This document shows, in pieces, positions 1 to 10,552 of a stretch of 64,000 nt of DNA. A program made the translations under genes and the position numbers. The stretch's first letter is position 1, and each line of letters begins with the position of its first letter. The stretch spans positions 50,031 to 114,030 of the forward strand of contig CACWZP010000011.1 in assembly GCA_902765395.1 (NCBI GenBank), written 5' to 3'. This DNA is from an uncultured Eubacteriales bacterium. Lineage in GTDB: Bacteria > Bacillota > Clostridia > Christensenellales > Aristaeellaceae. The notes beneath the pieces are model-generated. The model saw only the letters and a list, made by a program, of their open reading frames with translations, was not told where the DNA came from and did not search any database.

Positions 1-738
1 GTGGCGAAGAGCAAGCAGGTGGAGGGCGTGATCCGAAGCGCCGCCGGGGTGCTGTCGGACGCGACGAAGTACACGTCGGTGATCGTGGCCCCGAAGCTGG
101 GCACGCTGCGCATCAAGCACGTGCAGCTGGTGCCGGTGGCCGAGCGCATGGCGCTGATGGTGATCGTCACCAACGCCGGCATCGTGAAGGACGCGGTGAT
201 CAGCATCCCCGAGGGCATGGACGCCGACGAGCTGTATTCCATCTCCCGGATGTTGACCGAGAAGCTGGCCGACAAGCCGCTGGAGGCGGTGCGCCAGGCC
301 TTCGCGGAGCTGCTGCGCAATGCCGAGTACAACCGGAGGCTGCTGGGGGATACCCTGCAGGTGATCGAAAAGCGGCTGGAGGCCGGCGGCGATGCCTCGG
401 ACGTGATCGTGGGCGGCCCGGCCAACATGCTGGAATACCCCGAGTACAGCGACGTGAACAAGGCCAGGAACTTCCTGGCGGTGCTGGAATCCAAGGACAC
501 CCTGCGCCAGCTGCTCAGCAGGGACGGCGGCATGGAGATCTCCATCCGCATCGGCCCGGAGAACCAGCTGCCCGCGCTGAACGACTGCTCCATCGTGACG
601 GCCAGCTATCGCGTGGGCGATCACTCCACCGGCACGCTGGGCATCATCGGCCCCACGCGCATGAACTACAACCGGGTGATCTCGGTGCTGGAGTTCATGG
701 GACGGGCGCTGAGCGACGTGCTTTCCCAGTATAAATGA
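1..738 (+). CDS. hrcA: Heat-inducible transcription repressor HrcA (N-terminus cut by window edge)
   Basis: ORF is open at position 1. It has an HrcA-like C-terminal domain sequence. It is the first member of the conserved hrcA-grpE-dnaK-dnaJ order. Confidence 0.85.
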   Translation: MAKSKQVEGVIRSAAGVLSDATKYTSVIVAPKLGTLRIKHVQLVPVAERMALMVIVTNAGIVKDAVISIPEGMDADELYSISRMLTEKLADKPLEAVRQAFAELLRNAEYNRRLLGDTLQVIEKRLEAGGDASDVIVGGPANMLEYPEYSDVNKARNFLAVLESKDTLRQLLSRDGGMEISIRIGPENQLPALNDCSIVTASYRVGDHSTGTLGIIGPTRMNYNRVISVLEFMGRALSDVLSQYK

Positions 739-752
739 GAGAGGATATCAAC

Positions 753-1331
753 ATGAAGAAGAAGGACAGGACGACCAAAACCGAGCCCGCGGCCGAGCAG
801 GAGCGGCCCGTGGAGCAGGAGACCCCCGCCGAGCAGCCGGAAACCGAGCAGCCCGAGGCGACCATCGACCAGTGGCAGGCCGCGCTGGAGCTGGCCGTGA
901 AGCAGAGGGACGAACTCAAGGATTCGCTGCTGCGCACCCAGGCGGATTTCCAGAACTTCAAGCGCCGCAACCAGACCGCCCGCGCGGACGGCTACGAGGA
1001 CGGCGTGCGCGAGACCATAGCGGCCATGCTGCCCGCCATCGACAACCTGGAGCGGGCCGTGGACGCCGCGGAAAAGACTGACGACGACGGCGCGAAGGCG
1101 CTGGCCGAGGGCGTGAACATGACGCTGAACACCCTGTTTGAGAGCCTGAAGCGCTTCGGGTTCGAGGAGGTTCCCGCCCTGGGCGAGGAGTTTGACCCCG
1201 AGAAGCACAACGCCGTGATGCGCGAGGCGGGCGAGGAGCCCGGCAAGGTGCTGGAGGTGTTCCAGAAGGGCTACAAGGTCAAGGACAAGATCATCCGATA
1301 CGCCATGGTTAAGGTGGCGGTGGAAGAATAA
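753..1331 (+). CDS. grpE: Nucleotide exchange factor GrpE
   Basis: Acidic N-terminus followed by a GrpE-like C-terminus (FDPEKHNAVM...GYKVKDKIIRYAMVKV). GAGAGGA lies 7 nt before ATG 753. An alternative ATG at 735 overlaps the hrcA stop (ATGA). Confidence 0.9.
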   Translation: MKKKDRTTKTEPAAEQERPVEQETPAEQPETEQPEATIDQWQAALELAVKQRDELKDSLLRTQADFQNFKRRNQTARADGYEDGVRETIAAMLPAIDNLERAVDAAEKTDDDGAKALAEGVNMTLNTLFESLKRFGFEEVPALGEEFDPEKHNAVMREAGEEPGKVLEVFQKGYKVKDKIIRYAMVKVAVEE

Positions 1332-1524
1332 CTTCCCCCCAGTCAGCTTCGCTGACAGCCCCCCCGGGGCAGGGAACCTTCCCAGAGACTCCATCTTTGA
1401 GGGAGGCGGCCCGAAGGGCCGTAGGGAGTTCAAGGAGTCGGATTTGCTCCCGCTTCACGAAAGTGATAAAGAGCTTGATATACAACAACAACGAACATTT
1501 TCGAAATTATAGGAGGTTATCATT

Positions 1525-3375
1525 ATGAGCAAGATTATCGGTATCGATCTGGGCACCACCAACAGCTGCGTCTCCGTCATGGAGGGCGGCGAGCCCGTCG
1601 TCATCGCGAACGCCGAGGGCGCTCGCACCACCCCGTCCGTCGTGGCGTTCTCCAAGAACGGCGAGCGCCTGGTCGGCCAGGTCGCCAAGCGCCAGGCCGT
1701 CACCAACCCCGACCGCACCATCATCTCCATCAAGCGCGACATGGGCACCGATCGCAAGATCTCCATCGACGGCCACAACTACACGCCCCCGGAGATCAGC
1801 GCCATGATCCTGCAGAAGCTGAAGGCGGATGCCGAGAGCTATCTGGGCGAGACCGTGACCGAGGCCGTCATCACCGTGCCCGCTTACTTCTCCGACGCCC
1901 AGCGCCAGGCCACCAAGGATGCCGGCCGCATCGCGGGCCTGGACGTGAAGCGCATCATCAACGAGCCCACCGCGGCGGCCCTGGCCTATGGCCTGGACAA
2001 GGGCGACGCCCACAAGATCCTGGTCTACGACCTGGGCGGCGGCACCTTCGATGTCAGCCTGATGGAAGTGGGCGACGGCATCTTCGAGGTGCTGGCCACC
2101 GCCGGCAACAACCGCTTGGGCGGCGACGACTTCGACCAGAGGCTGATCGACTATATCGCCGACGAGTTCAAGAAGGAGAACAACATCGACCTGCGCCAGG
2201 ACCGCATGGCCCTGCAGCGCCTGAAGGAGGCCGCCGAGAAGGCCAAGATCGACCTGTCCGGCCTGATGAGCACCAACGTGAACCTGCCCTTCATCACCGC
2301 CGACGCTACCGGCCCCAAGCACCTGGACGTGACCATCAGCCGCGCCAAGTTCAACGAGCTGACTGCCGATCTGGTGGAGAAGACCGTGGGCCCGATGACC
2401 CAGGCCATGAGCGACGCCGGCGTCACCGCCAAGGACATCGACAAGGTGATCCTGGTGGGCGGCTCCACCCGCATCCCCGCGGTGCAGGAGGCCGTGCAGC
2501 GCATCACCGGCAAGGAGCCCTTCAAGGGCATCAACCCCGACGAGTGCGTGGCCGTGGGCGCTGCCATCCAGGGCGGCGTGCTGGGCGGCGACGTGAAGGA
2601 CATCGTGCTGCTGGACGTCACGCCCCTGTCCCTGGGCATTGAGACCCTGGGCGGCGTGTTCACCCGCCTGATCGAGCGCAACACCACCATCCCCGTCAAG
2701 CAGACCCAGGTGTTCTCCACCGCGGCCGACGGGCAGACCAGCGTGGATGTGCACGTGCTGCAGGGCGAGCGCGAAATGGCCGCCTACAACAAGACCCTGG
2801 GCCGCTTCCAGCTGACCGGCATCGCTCCGGCGCCCCGCGGCGTGCCGCAGATCGAGGTCACCTTCGATATCGACGCCAACGGCATCGTGCACGTGTCCGC
2901 CAAGGACCTGGGCACCGGCAAGGAGCAGTCCATCGCCATCACCGCCTCCTCCAACATGAGCGAGGAGGAGATCAAGAAGGCCGTGAACGAGGCCGAGCAG
3001 TTCGCCGCCGAGGACAAGAAGAAGAAGGAAGAGGCCGAGACCTTCAACCAGGCCGACCAGCTGATCTACCAGACCGACAAGACCATCAAGGACCTGGGCG
3101 ACAAGCTGGATCCCGCCGACAAGGCCAAGCTGGAGAGCGAGCTGGAGGCCTTCAAGCAGACCCGCCAGGGCAACGACGTGGAGCAGATCAAGAGCGCCAT
3201 GGAGAGCTTCAGCAAGCAGACCATGGACATCTTCGGCAAGGTCTACCAGCAGGCGGGCGGCCAGGGCAACCCCGGCGCGGGCTTCGACCCCAACGCCGCG
3301 GGCTACAACCCCGGCAATGCCGGTAGCGGCGTCAATGACGACGGCACCGTGGACAGCGAGTTCACCGACAAGTAA
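1525..3375 (+). CDS. dnaK: Molecular chaperone DnaK (Hsp70)
   Basis: Hsp70 signatures [18 protein letters not shown] and [20 protein letters not shown] upstream. Confidence 0.98.
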   Translation: MSKIIGIDLGTTNSCVSVMEGGEPVVIANAEGARTTPSVVAFSKNGERLVGQVAKRQAVTNPDRTIISIKRDMGTDRKISIDGHNYTPPEISAMILQKLKADAESYLGETVTEAVITVPAYFSDAQRQATKDAGRIAGLDVKRIINEPTAAALAYGLDKGDAHKILVYDLGGGTFDVSLMEVGDGIFEVLATAGNNRLGGDDFDQRLIDYIADEFKKENNIDLRQDRMALQRLKEAAEKAKIDLSGLMSTNVNLPFITADATGPKHLDVTISRAKFNELTADLVEKTVGPMTQAMSDAGVTAKDIDKVILVGGSTRIPAVQEAVQRITGKEPFKGINPDECVAVGAAIQGGVLGGDVKDIVLLDVTPLSLGIETLGGVFTRLIERNTTIPVKQTQVFSTAADGQTSVDVHVLQGEREMAAYNKTLGRFQLTGIAPAPRGVPQIEVTFDIDANGIVHVSAKDLGTGKEQSIAITASSNMSEEEIKKAVNEAEQFAAEDKKKKEEAETFNQADQLIYQTDKTIKDLGDKLDPADKAKLESELEAFKQTRQGNDVEQIKSAMESFSKQTMDIFGKVYQQAGGQGNPGAGFDPNAAGYNPGNAGSGVNDDGTVDSEFTDK

Positions 3376-3393
3376 TCGCTGAATGAAATCGGA

Positions 3394-3427
3394 GGGGCAA
3401 GGGCAACCCGTACCTTGCCCCATTTTG
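3394..3427 (+). terminator. Intrinsic terminator after dnaK
   Basis: GGGGCAAGG...CCTTGCCCC stem followed by ATTTTG. Confidence 0.7.
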
Positions 3428-3434
3428 AGGCAAC

Positions 3435-3548
3435 GGGGAACAGGGGACAGGGAACAGGAAATGCGGCTACCGCCATTTCTGTTGTATCCAGTATTGGAAT
3501 ACGCGGCAGCGGCTATTCCTGCTCCCTGTCCCCTTGGCCCTGTTCCCT
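3435..3548. repeat. Palindromic intergenic element, GGGAACAGGGGACAGGG family (copy 1)
   Basis: Left arm is GGGGAACAGGGGACAGGGAACAGG. Right arm CCTGCTCCCTGTCCCCTTGGCCCTGTTCCC is its near reverse complement. A related copy lies at 21086-21271. Confidence 0.7.
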
Positions 3549-3568
3549 GAAACAGAGGGTGACAGACT

Positions 3569-4714
3569 ATGGCTAACAAACGAGACTACTACGAGGTGCT
3601 GGGCGTCGAAAAGGGCGCGGACGAGGCGACCATCAAGAAGGCCTATCGCCAGCTGGCGAAGAAGTACCACCCGGACGTGAACCCCGGCGACAAGTCCGCC
3701 GAGGAGAAGTTCAAGGAGGTCAACGAGGCCTATCAGGTGCTGTCCAACCCCGAAAAGCGGGCCCAGTACGACCAGTTCGGCCACGACGGCCCCCAGGCGG
3801 GCTTCGGCGGCGGTTACGGCGATTTCAGCGGCTTTGGCGGCTTCGGCGGATTTGAGGACATCTTTTCCTCGGTGTTCGGCGGCGGCTTTGGCGGCTTTGG
3901 CGGCGGCACGCGGCGCAACGGCCCGATCCAGGGCGACGACCTGCGCGCGGACATCACCATCTCCTTTGAGGAGGCGGCCCTGGGCTGCGAGAAGGAGATC
4001 AAGCTGGTGAAGGACGAGGAGTGCCCCACCTGCCACGGCACCGGCGCGAAGCCGGGCGTCAAGGTGGATACCTGCCCCAACTGCCAGGGCACCGGCCAGG
4101 AGCGCGTGGTGAGCAATACGCCCTTTGGGCGCATCCAGAACGTGCGCACCTGCTCCCGCTGCCGCGGCGCGGGCAAGATCATCACCGAGCCCTGCGACAA
4201 GTGCCATGGGCGCGGCAAGGTGCGCGTCAGCAAGCGCCGCACCGTGAAGGTGCCCGCCGGCATCGACAACGGCCAGGTGATGACCATCCACGGCGAGGGC
4301 GAGCCGGGCGAGCAGGGCGGCGCGCCGGGCAACCTGCTGATCGTGGTGAACGTGAAGCCCCACGCGCTGTTCAAGCGGGACGGCTACGACCTGTACATCG
4401 ACATGCCGCTCACCTTCACCCAGGCGGCGCTGGGCGCCAAGCTGGACGTGCCCACGCTGGGCAAGCCGGTTCCCTACGATTTCCCCGAGGGCACCCAGCC
4501 CGGCCAGATGTTCCGCATCCGCGGCGCCGGCATCCAGTTCCTCCGGGACAAGGACCGCAAGGGCGATCTGTACGTAACCGCCATGGTGGAGATCCCCAAG
4601 AAGCTGACCAAGCAGCAGCGCGAGCTGCTCAGGCAGTTTGAGGACACCGCCACCAACAGCCAGTACGAGAAGAAAAAGTCGTTCCTGGACACGCTGAAGG
4701 GCCTGTTCAGGTAG
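3569..4714 (+). CDS. dnaJ: Co-chaperone DnaJ
   Basis: J domain with HPD (KKYHPDVNP), a G/F-rich linker and four CxxCxGxG zinc-finger repeats. Confidence 0.97.
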   Translation: MANKRDYYEVLGVEKGADEATIKKAYRQLAKKYHPDVNPGDKSAEEKFKEVNEAYQVLSNPEKRAQYDQFGHDGPQAGFGGGYGDFSGFGGFGGFEDIFSSVFGGGFGGFGGGTRRNGPIQGDDLRADITISFEEAALGCEKEIKLVKDEECPTCHGTGAKPGVKVDTCPNCQGTGQERVVSNTPFGRIQNVRTCSRCRGAGKIITEPCDKCHGRGKVRVSKRRTVKVPAGIDNGQVMTIHGEGEPGEQGGAPGNLLIVVNVKPHALFKRDGYDLYIDMPLTFTQAALGAKLDVPTLGKPVPYDFPEGTQPGQMFRIRGAGIQFLRDKDRKGDLYVTAMVEIPKKLTKQQRELLRQFEDTATNSQYEKKKSFLDTLKGLFR

Positions 4715-4735
4715 CGGCGAAAAGGGGGCCGGGAC

Positions 4736-5512
4736 ATGCCTTCCATGCCGGAGCTTAGGCGCGTGCACGCCCAGATGCTGGAGCTGCTCAAGTACTTTGA
4801 CGCCTTCTGCGAAGAACACGGCGTCTGCTACTCGCTGCACGGCGGCACACTGCTGGGCGCGATCCGGGAGCACGGCTTCATCCCCTGGGACGACGACGTG
4901 GACGTGACGATGACCCGGGACAATTACGAAAGGTTCCGGGACGCCGCGCGCAAGGGGCCGCTGATGGAGCACGTGCGGTTTTCCGAGTACAGCTCCCAGC
5001 ACCCGCGCATGTGGCTGCGCCGGCCCGGCGAGCCCGGGGCGTGGATCGACCTGTTCATCTACGACAACATTTCCGAAAACCGGTTGGCTCGGAAGCTGAA
5101 GCTGCTGGGCTGCGCCTTCTTCCTGGCATTCACCAAGACGAAGGAGAGCATGGGCCTGTCCCACAGGACGGGCGCGAAGGCGGTGCTGGTGAACCTGGGC
5201 TACCAGCTGGGCCGGCTCTTCCCGGTGAAGTTCAAGGCGAAGCTGATGAACGCCTGGGGCAAGCACGCCCTCCGCGGCAGGCACACGCTGATCCACCGGT
5301 CCAACGACCTGTACGCGGACAACGGGCTGTTCGTGATCCTGCCGACGCAGACCATGGCGGAGTACACCCGCGTGCCCTTTGAGGACGCGGAGCTGATGGT
5401 GACGAAGAGCTGGCACGAAGTGCTGACGAGCAGCTACGGCGCGGATTACATGACGCCCAAGCGCGCGGCCTCCCACGACAATCCGGCCCACGCGGGCTTC
5501 AAGGAAGCGTGA
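4736..5512 (+). CDS. LicD-family phosphotransferase (cell-envelope modification)
   Basis: LicD-like pattern LHGGTLLGAIREHGFIPWDDDVDV. Confidence 0.75.
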   Translation: MPSMPELRRVHAQMLELLKYFDAFCEEHGVCYSLHGGTLLGAIREHGFIPWDDDVDVTMTRDNYERFRDAARKGPLMEHVRFSEYSSQHPRMWLRRPGEPGAWIDLFIYDNISENRLARKLKLLGCAFFLAFTKTKESMGLSHRTGAKAVLVNLGYQLGRLFPVKFKAKLMNAWGKHALRGRHTLIHRSNDLYADNGLFVILPTQTMAEYTRVPFEDAELMVTKSWHEVLTSSYGADYMTPKRAASHDNPAHAGFKEA

Positions 5513-5719
5513 GGACGGCATGGACCACGGCGATCCCCTGACGGGATGGCCGTGGTTTGTTTTGGGTTGCGCGCGACGGACGAACCGGCAAAGGCGGGCA
5601 TCGCGCGTCCGGAGGAGGCCGCAAGGCTATGCCAGGGATCGTTTGCCGTTATCTTTACGCAATGCCCTTGTCCCGCCAGTCAAATGATGTTATAATCATG
5701 GCAATGACAGGGAAGGAGC

Positions 5720-6997
5720 ATGGGCATGAACCTGGACGCGGTGGGGCTCTGGCTGGGCCGGGGGATCATGGCGGGCTTCGCGGCGCTGGTGATCGCGGAG
5801 CTGATCCGCTATTTCCGCGCGGCGCTCATCGAGCCCGCCGGGCCGAGGCAGCTGCCCGCGTCACGCCTGCCCGCGGCCCGGGTGCTGGGGGAGGCGTTCA
5901 TCGCCTTCACAGCCTCGCGGCTTTTGGTGGTGCTGGTGATGCTGGTTTGCCACCGGCTGCGCGCGGGCACGCTTGAGGGCTTCGCGCCGGTGCTTCGCGG
6001 CAAGCTGCTGCCCTGGGACGCCGACCACTACCTGGGCATCATCGAGAACTGGTACGTGGCCGAGGGCGACGTGCGGCTGCACATCGTGTTCCTGCCCTTC
6101 TATCCGGCCGTCGCCCGGGGACTGTACCTGCTGACGGGCATGTCCTCCTTCGCCGCGGCGGAGATCGTCTCCAATGCCGCGCTGATCGGCTGCGGCTGGG
6201 CGATGTTCCGGCTGTGCGAGGACGAGGGCGGCGCGGCGCTGGGCAGACGGGCCATGTGGCTGATGTTTTTGACGCCCATGACCTACTTCTATTCGATTCC
6301 CTACACGGAGTCGATGTTTATGCTGATGACGCTGCTGGCGGTGCTGTGCGCCCGCAGGCGGCGGTTTGCGCTGGCGGTGCTGTTCGGCGCGCTGGCCGCC
6401 AACACCCGCCTCGTGGGCATGGCGGCGGCGATCCCCATCTACTGGGAGCTGCTGCGCTGCGACCGGCAGAGGCATCCCGAACGCACGCCCGTCCGGCGGG
6501 CGCTCATCTGTGCGCTGGCGGTGCTGCCGGTGGCGGCGGGGCTGGCGCTGTACATGTTCGGCAACTGGCGGCTGTTCGGCCGTCCCACGCAGTTCATGGT
6601 GTTCCAGCGGGATCACTGGTCCCAGCAGATGGGCACCCTGGCCAACACGTTCCGCTACAGCTTGGTGAACGCCCTGACCTATGACGACAAGCTGTACCGG
6701 CTGGGCGTGTGGTGGCCGCAGGTGCTGCTGCTGATCGGCCTTCCGCTGCTGGTGCTCTGGCGCAGGAAGCGGGAGTGCCCGGGGGACACGGGCTACCTGC
6801 TGGTGTTCTTCTACGTCTGCTTCGCGCCCACCTGGCTTCTGAGCGGGCCGCGCTACCTCTCCGCCGCCTATGCCCTCTATCCGCTGCTGGCCCGCATCCC
6901 CAGGGGCAGAAGGGGCTTCGGGGCGCTGCTGGCGGGGGAGATACTGTTGCTGATATACATGACCGTCGTCGGGCTGTGGTTCGGCAAGGTCTACTGA
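5720..6997 (+). CDS. Polytopic membrane protein, GT-C / PIG-V-like glycosyltransferase (function tentative)
   Basis: Many hydrophobic segments. Motif LLPWDADHYLGIIENWY resembles mannosyltransferase PIG-V-type proteins. It is adjacent to the licD-like gene. Confidence 0.6.
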   Translation: MGMNLDAVGLWLGRGIMAGFAALVIAELIRYFRAALIEPAGPRQLPASRLPAARVLGEAFIAFTASRLLVVLVMLVCHRLRAGTLEGFAPVLRGKLLPWDADHYLGIIENWYVAEGDVRLHIVFLPFYPAVARGLYLLTGMSSFAAAEIVSNAALIGCGWAMFRLCEDEGGAALGRRAMWLMFLTPMTYFYSIPYTESMFMLMTLLAVLCARRRRFALAVLFGALAANTRLVGMAAAIPIYWELLRCDRQRHPERTPVRRALICALAVLPVAAGLALYMFGNWRLFGRPTQFMVFQRDHWSQQMGTLANTFRYSLVNALTYDDKLYRLGVWWPQVLLLIGLPLLVLWRRKRECPGDTGYLLVFFYVCFAPTWLLSGPRYLSAAYALYPLLARIPRGRRGFGALLAGEILLLIYMTVVGLWFGKVY

Positions 6998-7011
6998 AAG
7001 GAAAGAACAAG

Positions 7012-7959
7012 ATGGACTGGATGGAATACACGATACTCACCACCACCGAGGCCAGCGAGCTCATCTCCCAGATCCTGCTGGACGCGGGCAGCACCGGCAC
7101 GATGATCGAGGACAAGAACGATGTGGCCGCGAACCAGCGCCCGGAGGGCCGGTGGGACATCATCGACGAGGCCATCGCCCAGCGCATCGGTGACGACGTG
7201 AAGGTGACGGGCTATTTCGAGGTGGACGGCAAGCTGGCGGACCGGCTGGCCTTCATCGAGGGCGAGCTGCGCCGGATCCAGGGCATGGACCTGGGCATGG
7301 ACCTGGGCAAGCTGGAGACCCGTCGCCACGACGTGGCCGAGCAGGACTGGACCGAGAGCTGGAAGGCGGCCTTCAAGCCCTTCCGCCTGGGCAGGCACAT
7401 GCTGGTGAAGCCCAGCTGGGAGGACGTGACCGTCGAGCCCGGCGACCACATCATCGAGATCGACCCGGGCATGGCCTTCGGCACCGGCACCCACGAGACC
7501 ACGGGCATGTGCGTCACCCTGGTGGAGAAGTACGTGAAGCCCGGCGACCGGGTGATCGACATCGGCACCGGCACCGGCATCCTGGCCATCGCCGCGGCCC
7601 ACATGGGGGCCAAGCCCGTGCTGGCCACCGACCTGGACGCCGTGGCCGTGCGCGTGGCGGCGGAGAACGTGAAGATCAACGGCTTCGAGGGCGTGATCGA
7701 CGTGCGCTGCGGCGATTTGCTGGACGTGGTCCAGGAGAGCGGCGACGTGGTGATCGCCAACATCATCTCCGACGTGATCGTGATGCTGGCCGAGCCGGTG
7801 AAGGCGCGCATCGTGGACGGCGGCCTGTTCATCTGCTCCGGCATCTCCGTGGAGCGCCGGCAGGACGTGCTGGACGCGCTGAAGGCGGCGGATTACGAGC
7901 TGCTGGACGATTTGACCCAGGGCGAATGGTGCGCCATGGCGGCACGGAAACGCGGATAA
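7012..7959 (+). CDS. prmA: Ribosomal protein L11 methyltransferase PrmA
   Basis: PrmA-like sequence with SAM motif DIGTGTGILAI. Internal ATG 7012 was chosen because the upstream part of the 416-aa ORF overlaps the previous gene. Confidence 0.9.
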   Translation: MDWMEYTILTTTEASELISQILLDAGSTGTMIEDKNDVAANQRPEGRWDIIDEAIAQRIGDDVKVTGYFEVDGKLADRLAFIEGELRRIQGMDLGMDLGKLETRRHDVAEQDWTESWKAAFKPFRLGRHMLVKPSWEDVTVEPGDHIIEIDPGMAFGTGTHETTGMCVTLVEKYVKPGDRVIDIGTGTGILAIAAAHMGAKPVLATDLDAVAVRVAAENVKINGFEGVIDVRCGDLLDVVQESGDVVIANIISDVIVMLAEPVKARIVDGGLFICSGISVERRQDVLDALKAADYELLDDLTQGEWCAMAARKRG

Positions 7960-7992
7960 TATCCGCGGATATTCGCTGCCGCGTCGTCTGAC

Positions 7993-8029
7993 CAGCTGTT
8001 TTTTCCACTGATTCAAGAAAAAACAGCTG
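7993..8029 (+). terminator. Terminator-like hairpin after prmA
   Basis: CAGCTGTTTTTT...AAAAAACAGCTG forms a 12-bp stem. There is no clear trailing T-run. Confidence 0.45.
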
Positions 8030-8067
8030 CGTTACAGCAAGTTCATATCGCTTGGAATGGTGAATAT

Positions 8068-8784
8068 ATGCACAGCTTTTACATCGAATCGCCCGAGGGC
8101 GATTATGCCGCCCTGCCCGCCGAGGAGGCCAAGCACGCGGCGAAGGTGCTGCGGCTCAAGCCCGGGGACGAGGTGTGCGCCATGGACGGCGCGGGCCGCC
8201 GCTGGCGGGCGGAGATGGCCGGGGAAGGCCGCGTTCGCCTGCTGGAGGAATTGTCCGCCAACGAGTGCGCGGCGCGGATCACCGTGTATGAGGGCCTGCC
8301 CAAGGCGGACAAGCTGGACTTCATCGCCCAGAAGCTGACGGAGCTGGGCGCGGCGCGGCTGGTGCCGGTGAAGATGGAGCGCTGCGTGGTGAAGCTGGAC
8401 GGCAAGGATGGCGCGAAGCGCCGGGAACGCCTGCAGAAGATCGCCCGGGAGGCCGCCAAGCAGTGCCGGCGGGGCCTGCCGATGGACGTTTCGGAGCCCA
8501 TGGACTGGAGGGCGGCGCTTACTGCCATGGCGGCGCACGACGCGCTGCTGATCCCCTGGGAGGACGCCCGGGGCACGCGGCTGAAGGACGTGTTCGCCGA
8601 GCTGCCCGCAGCGAAGGACATCGGCATCGTCATCGGCCCGGAGGGCGGCATGTCCCCGGACGAGGTGGACGCGATGCTTCAAATCGGCGGGCGTACCGTC
8701 ACCCTCGGGCCCCGCATCCTGCGCACCGAGACCGCCGCAGTGGTCTCCGCCGCGCTGGCGATGCAATTATGGGGCGACCTATGA
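8068..8784 (+). CDS. rsmE: 16S rRNA (uracil1498-N3)-methyltransferase RsmE
   Basis: RsmE family length and C-terminal IVIGPEGGMSPDE motif. Confidence 0.88.
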   Translation: MHSFYIESPEGDYAALPAEEAKHAAKVLRLKPGDEVCAMDGAGRRWRAEMAGEGRVRLLEELSANECAARITVYEGLPKADKLDFIAQKLTELGAARLVPVKMERCVVKLDGKDGAKRRERLQKIAREAAKQCRRGLPMDVSEPMDWRAALTAMAAHDALLIPWEDARGTRLKDVFAELPAAKDIGIVIGPEGGMSPDEVDAMLQIGGRTVTLGPRILRTETAAVVSAALAMQLWGDL

Positions 8785-8902
8785 AAATGAGGAATTAGAA
8801 ATGAGGAATTAGGAATTGCGGTCCGAATCCCTGTGGGATTTGTCCGATATAGATAAAAGAGATCCTTCAGGATTTCATCCACAATTCCTCATTCCTCATC
8901 CC
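8783..8902. repeat. Palindromic intergenic element, GAATGAGGAAT family (copy 1)
   Basis: Left arm GAAAATGAGGAATTAGAAATGAGGAATTAGGAATTG faces right arm CAATTCCTCATTCCTCATCCC. The second copy is at 23863-23961. Confidence 0.75.
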
Positions 8903-8922
8903 TGATTTATCCGGAGGATGTC

Positions 8923-9252
8923 ATGACGATCAACGAATACCAATCCCTGGCCCTGCGGACGCTGAACCCCGCGCTGTCTGAAAAGGACGTGCTGATCAAC
9001 GGCGTGATGGGCCTTTGCGGCGAGGCGGGGGAGGCCATCGACCTGGTGAAGAAGCACCTGGCCCAGGGGCATGCGCTGGACCGGGAGGCGCTGATCGGTG
9101 AGCTGGGCGACGTGGCCTGGTACCTGGCGGAGACGGCCCACGCGCTGGGCTGTGATTTGGAGACGGTGCTCACGCGCAACATCGAAAAGCTGCAAAGGCG
9201 CTATCCGGAGGGGTTCGAGGCCGAAAAGTCCCTGAACCGGGACGAGCCATGA
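8923..9252 (+). CDS. MazG-like nucleotide pyrophosphohydrolase (small, single domain)
   Basis: 109-aa protein with a MazG-type pattern (LCGEAGEAIDLVKKHL...LGDVAWY). Confidence 0.75.
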   Translation: MTINEYQSLALRTLNPALSEKDVLINGVMGLCGEAGEAIDLVKKHLAQGHALDREALIGELGDVAWYLAETAHALGCDLETVLTRNIEKLQRRYPEGFEAEKSLNRDEP

Positions 9253-10532
9253 GCACCATCGCCACCTACACCCTGGGCTGCAAGGTGAACCAGTACGACA
9301 CCGAGGCCATGCTGGAGAGCTTCGAGCGGGCGGGCTACGCCGCCGTGCCCTTCCAGGACGAGGCCGACGTGTACCTGATCAACACCTGCACCGTCACCGG
9401 TACCGGCGACCAGAAGTCGCTGAAGACCATCCGCCGCGCCGCCCGGGAGCACCCTGAATGCGCCATCGTGGTCTGCGGCTGCCTGGCCCAGCGGGAGGCT
9501 GAGAAGATCGCCGCCATGGACAACGTGCGCCTGGTCGTCGGCGTGCAGCGCCGGGGCGAGGTGGTGGAACTGCTGGAGCGGGCGCTCCGGGAGGACACCA
9601 CCATCAATGCTGTGGCGCCGCTGAAGGACGCGGGCTTCGAGAGCCTCTTCATCTCCCGCCACGAGGGCAAGACCCGGGCGACGATGAAGATCCAGGAGGG
9701 CTGCGACCGCTATTGCAGCTACTGCATCATCCCCTCCGTGCGCGGGCCGGTGCGCTCGATGGCGCTTTCGGAGGTGGCGAAGGAGGCCGCCCGGCTGGGC
9801 GCGGCAGGCTACAGGGAGATCGTGGTCACCGGCATCCACCTGGCCAGCTACGGCCGGGGCACGGAGCACGACCTGCTCTCCGCCATCCGCGCGGTGCACG
9901 CCGCGCCGGGGGTGCGGCGGGTGCGGCTGGGTTCGCTGGAGCCCATGACCGTCACCGGGGATTTCGCCCGGGAGGTGTCGCAGCTCAAGGGGCTGATGCG
10001 CCAGTTCCACCTGTCGCTGCAATCGGGCAGCGCGGCGGTGCTGAAGCGCATGCACCGGCGCTACACCCCGGAGGAATACCTCGCGGCGGCGGACACCCTG
10101 CGCAAGTACATGCCCGACTGCGCAGTGACCACCGACATCATCGTGGGCTTTCCCGGCGAGACAGAGGCGGAGTTTTCCGAGACGCTGGCCTTCGCGGAGC
10201 AGGCCAAGCTGGCGCGCATCCACGTGTTCCCGTATTCCCGGCGCACGGGCACCGTGGCGGACCGCATGGACGGCCAGGTGGACGAGGCCGTGAAGAAGGA
10301 CCGGGCGCGGCGGCTGATCGCGCTGGGGAACCAATTGGAGCGCCGCTTCGTCTCAGAACTGTTGGGAACGACGCAGGAGGTATTGTTTGAGACCCCTGCC
10401 GGGGACGGCCTGGCGGAGGGCTACACGGGCCAGTATGTGCGGGTGCGCGCCAAGGCCGAGCCGGGGCAGATCGCCCGGGTGCGGCTGGAGAAGGCCGACG
10501 GCACGCTGGCGCTGGGAACCGTCACCGAATGA
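9249..10532 (+). CDS. mtaB: tRNA threonylcarbamoyladenosine methylthiotransferase MtaB
   Basis: MTTase N-domain (TLGCKVNQYDTE) and radical-SAM CDRYCSYC. Its start overlaps the upstream stop (ATGA). Confidence 0.85.
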   Translation: MSTIATYTLGCKVNQYDTEAMLESFERAGYAAVPFQDEADVYLINTCTVTGTGDQKSLKTIRRAAREHPECAIVVCGCLAQREAEKIAAMDNVRLVVGVQRRGEVVELLERALREDTTINAVAPLKDAGFESLFISRHEGKTRATMKIQEGCDRYCSYCIIPSVRGPVRSMALSEVAKEAARLGAAGYREIVVTGIHLASYGRGTEHDLLSAIRAVHAAPGVRRVRLGSLEPMTVTGDFAREVSQLKGLMRQFHLSLQSGSAAVLKRMHRRYTPEEYLAAADTLRKYMPDCAVTTDIIVGFPGETEAEFSETLAFAEQAKLARIHVFPYSRRTGTVADRMDGQVDEAVKKDRARRLIALGNQLERRFVSELLGTTQEVLFETPAGDGLAEGYTGQYVRVRAKAEPGQIARVRLEKADGTLALGTVTE

Positions 10533-10552
10533 TAATACAGGAGGAATGTGAA

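Noticed and set aside
1332-1524. Looked for a CIRCE operator (TTAGCACTC-N9-GAGTGCTAA) between grpE and dnaK.
   Set aside because: Nothing resembling it is present. The HrcA operator is presumably upstream of hrcA, outside the window.
1507-3579. A 690-aa minus-strand ORF antisense to dnaK. Similar long ORFs lie at 3467-5521(-), 12592-14484(-), 15313-16953(+), 19528-21183(+), 28695-30446(-), 31311-33389(-), 33468-34784(-), 42377-44587(+), 49279-51405(+) and 51571-52947(+).
   Set aside because: They lie opposite genes with unmistakable conserved motifs. Their composition is low-complexity and rich in Gly, Ala, Arg, His, Leu and Val. They are the stop-codon-poor shadow frames expected in GC-rich DNA.
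6709-7011. N-terminal 101-codon extension of the prmA ORF.
   Set aside because: It overlaps the 3' end of the upstream membrane-protein gene and has shadow-frame composition. PrmA homology begins at ATG 7012.
7951-7973. Perfect 16-bp palindrome AATATCCGCGGATATT overlapping the prmA stop codon.
   Set aside because: It is a single short palindrome containing a SacII-like CCGCGG core, with no second copy or obvious partner. It is most simply part of the local terminator region.
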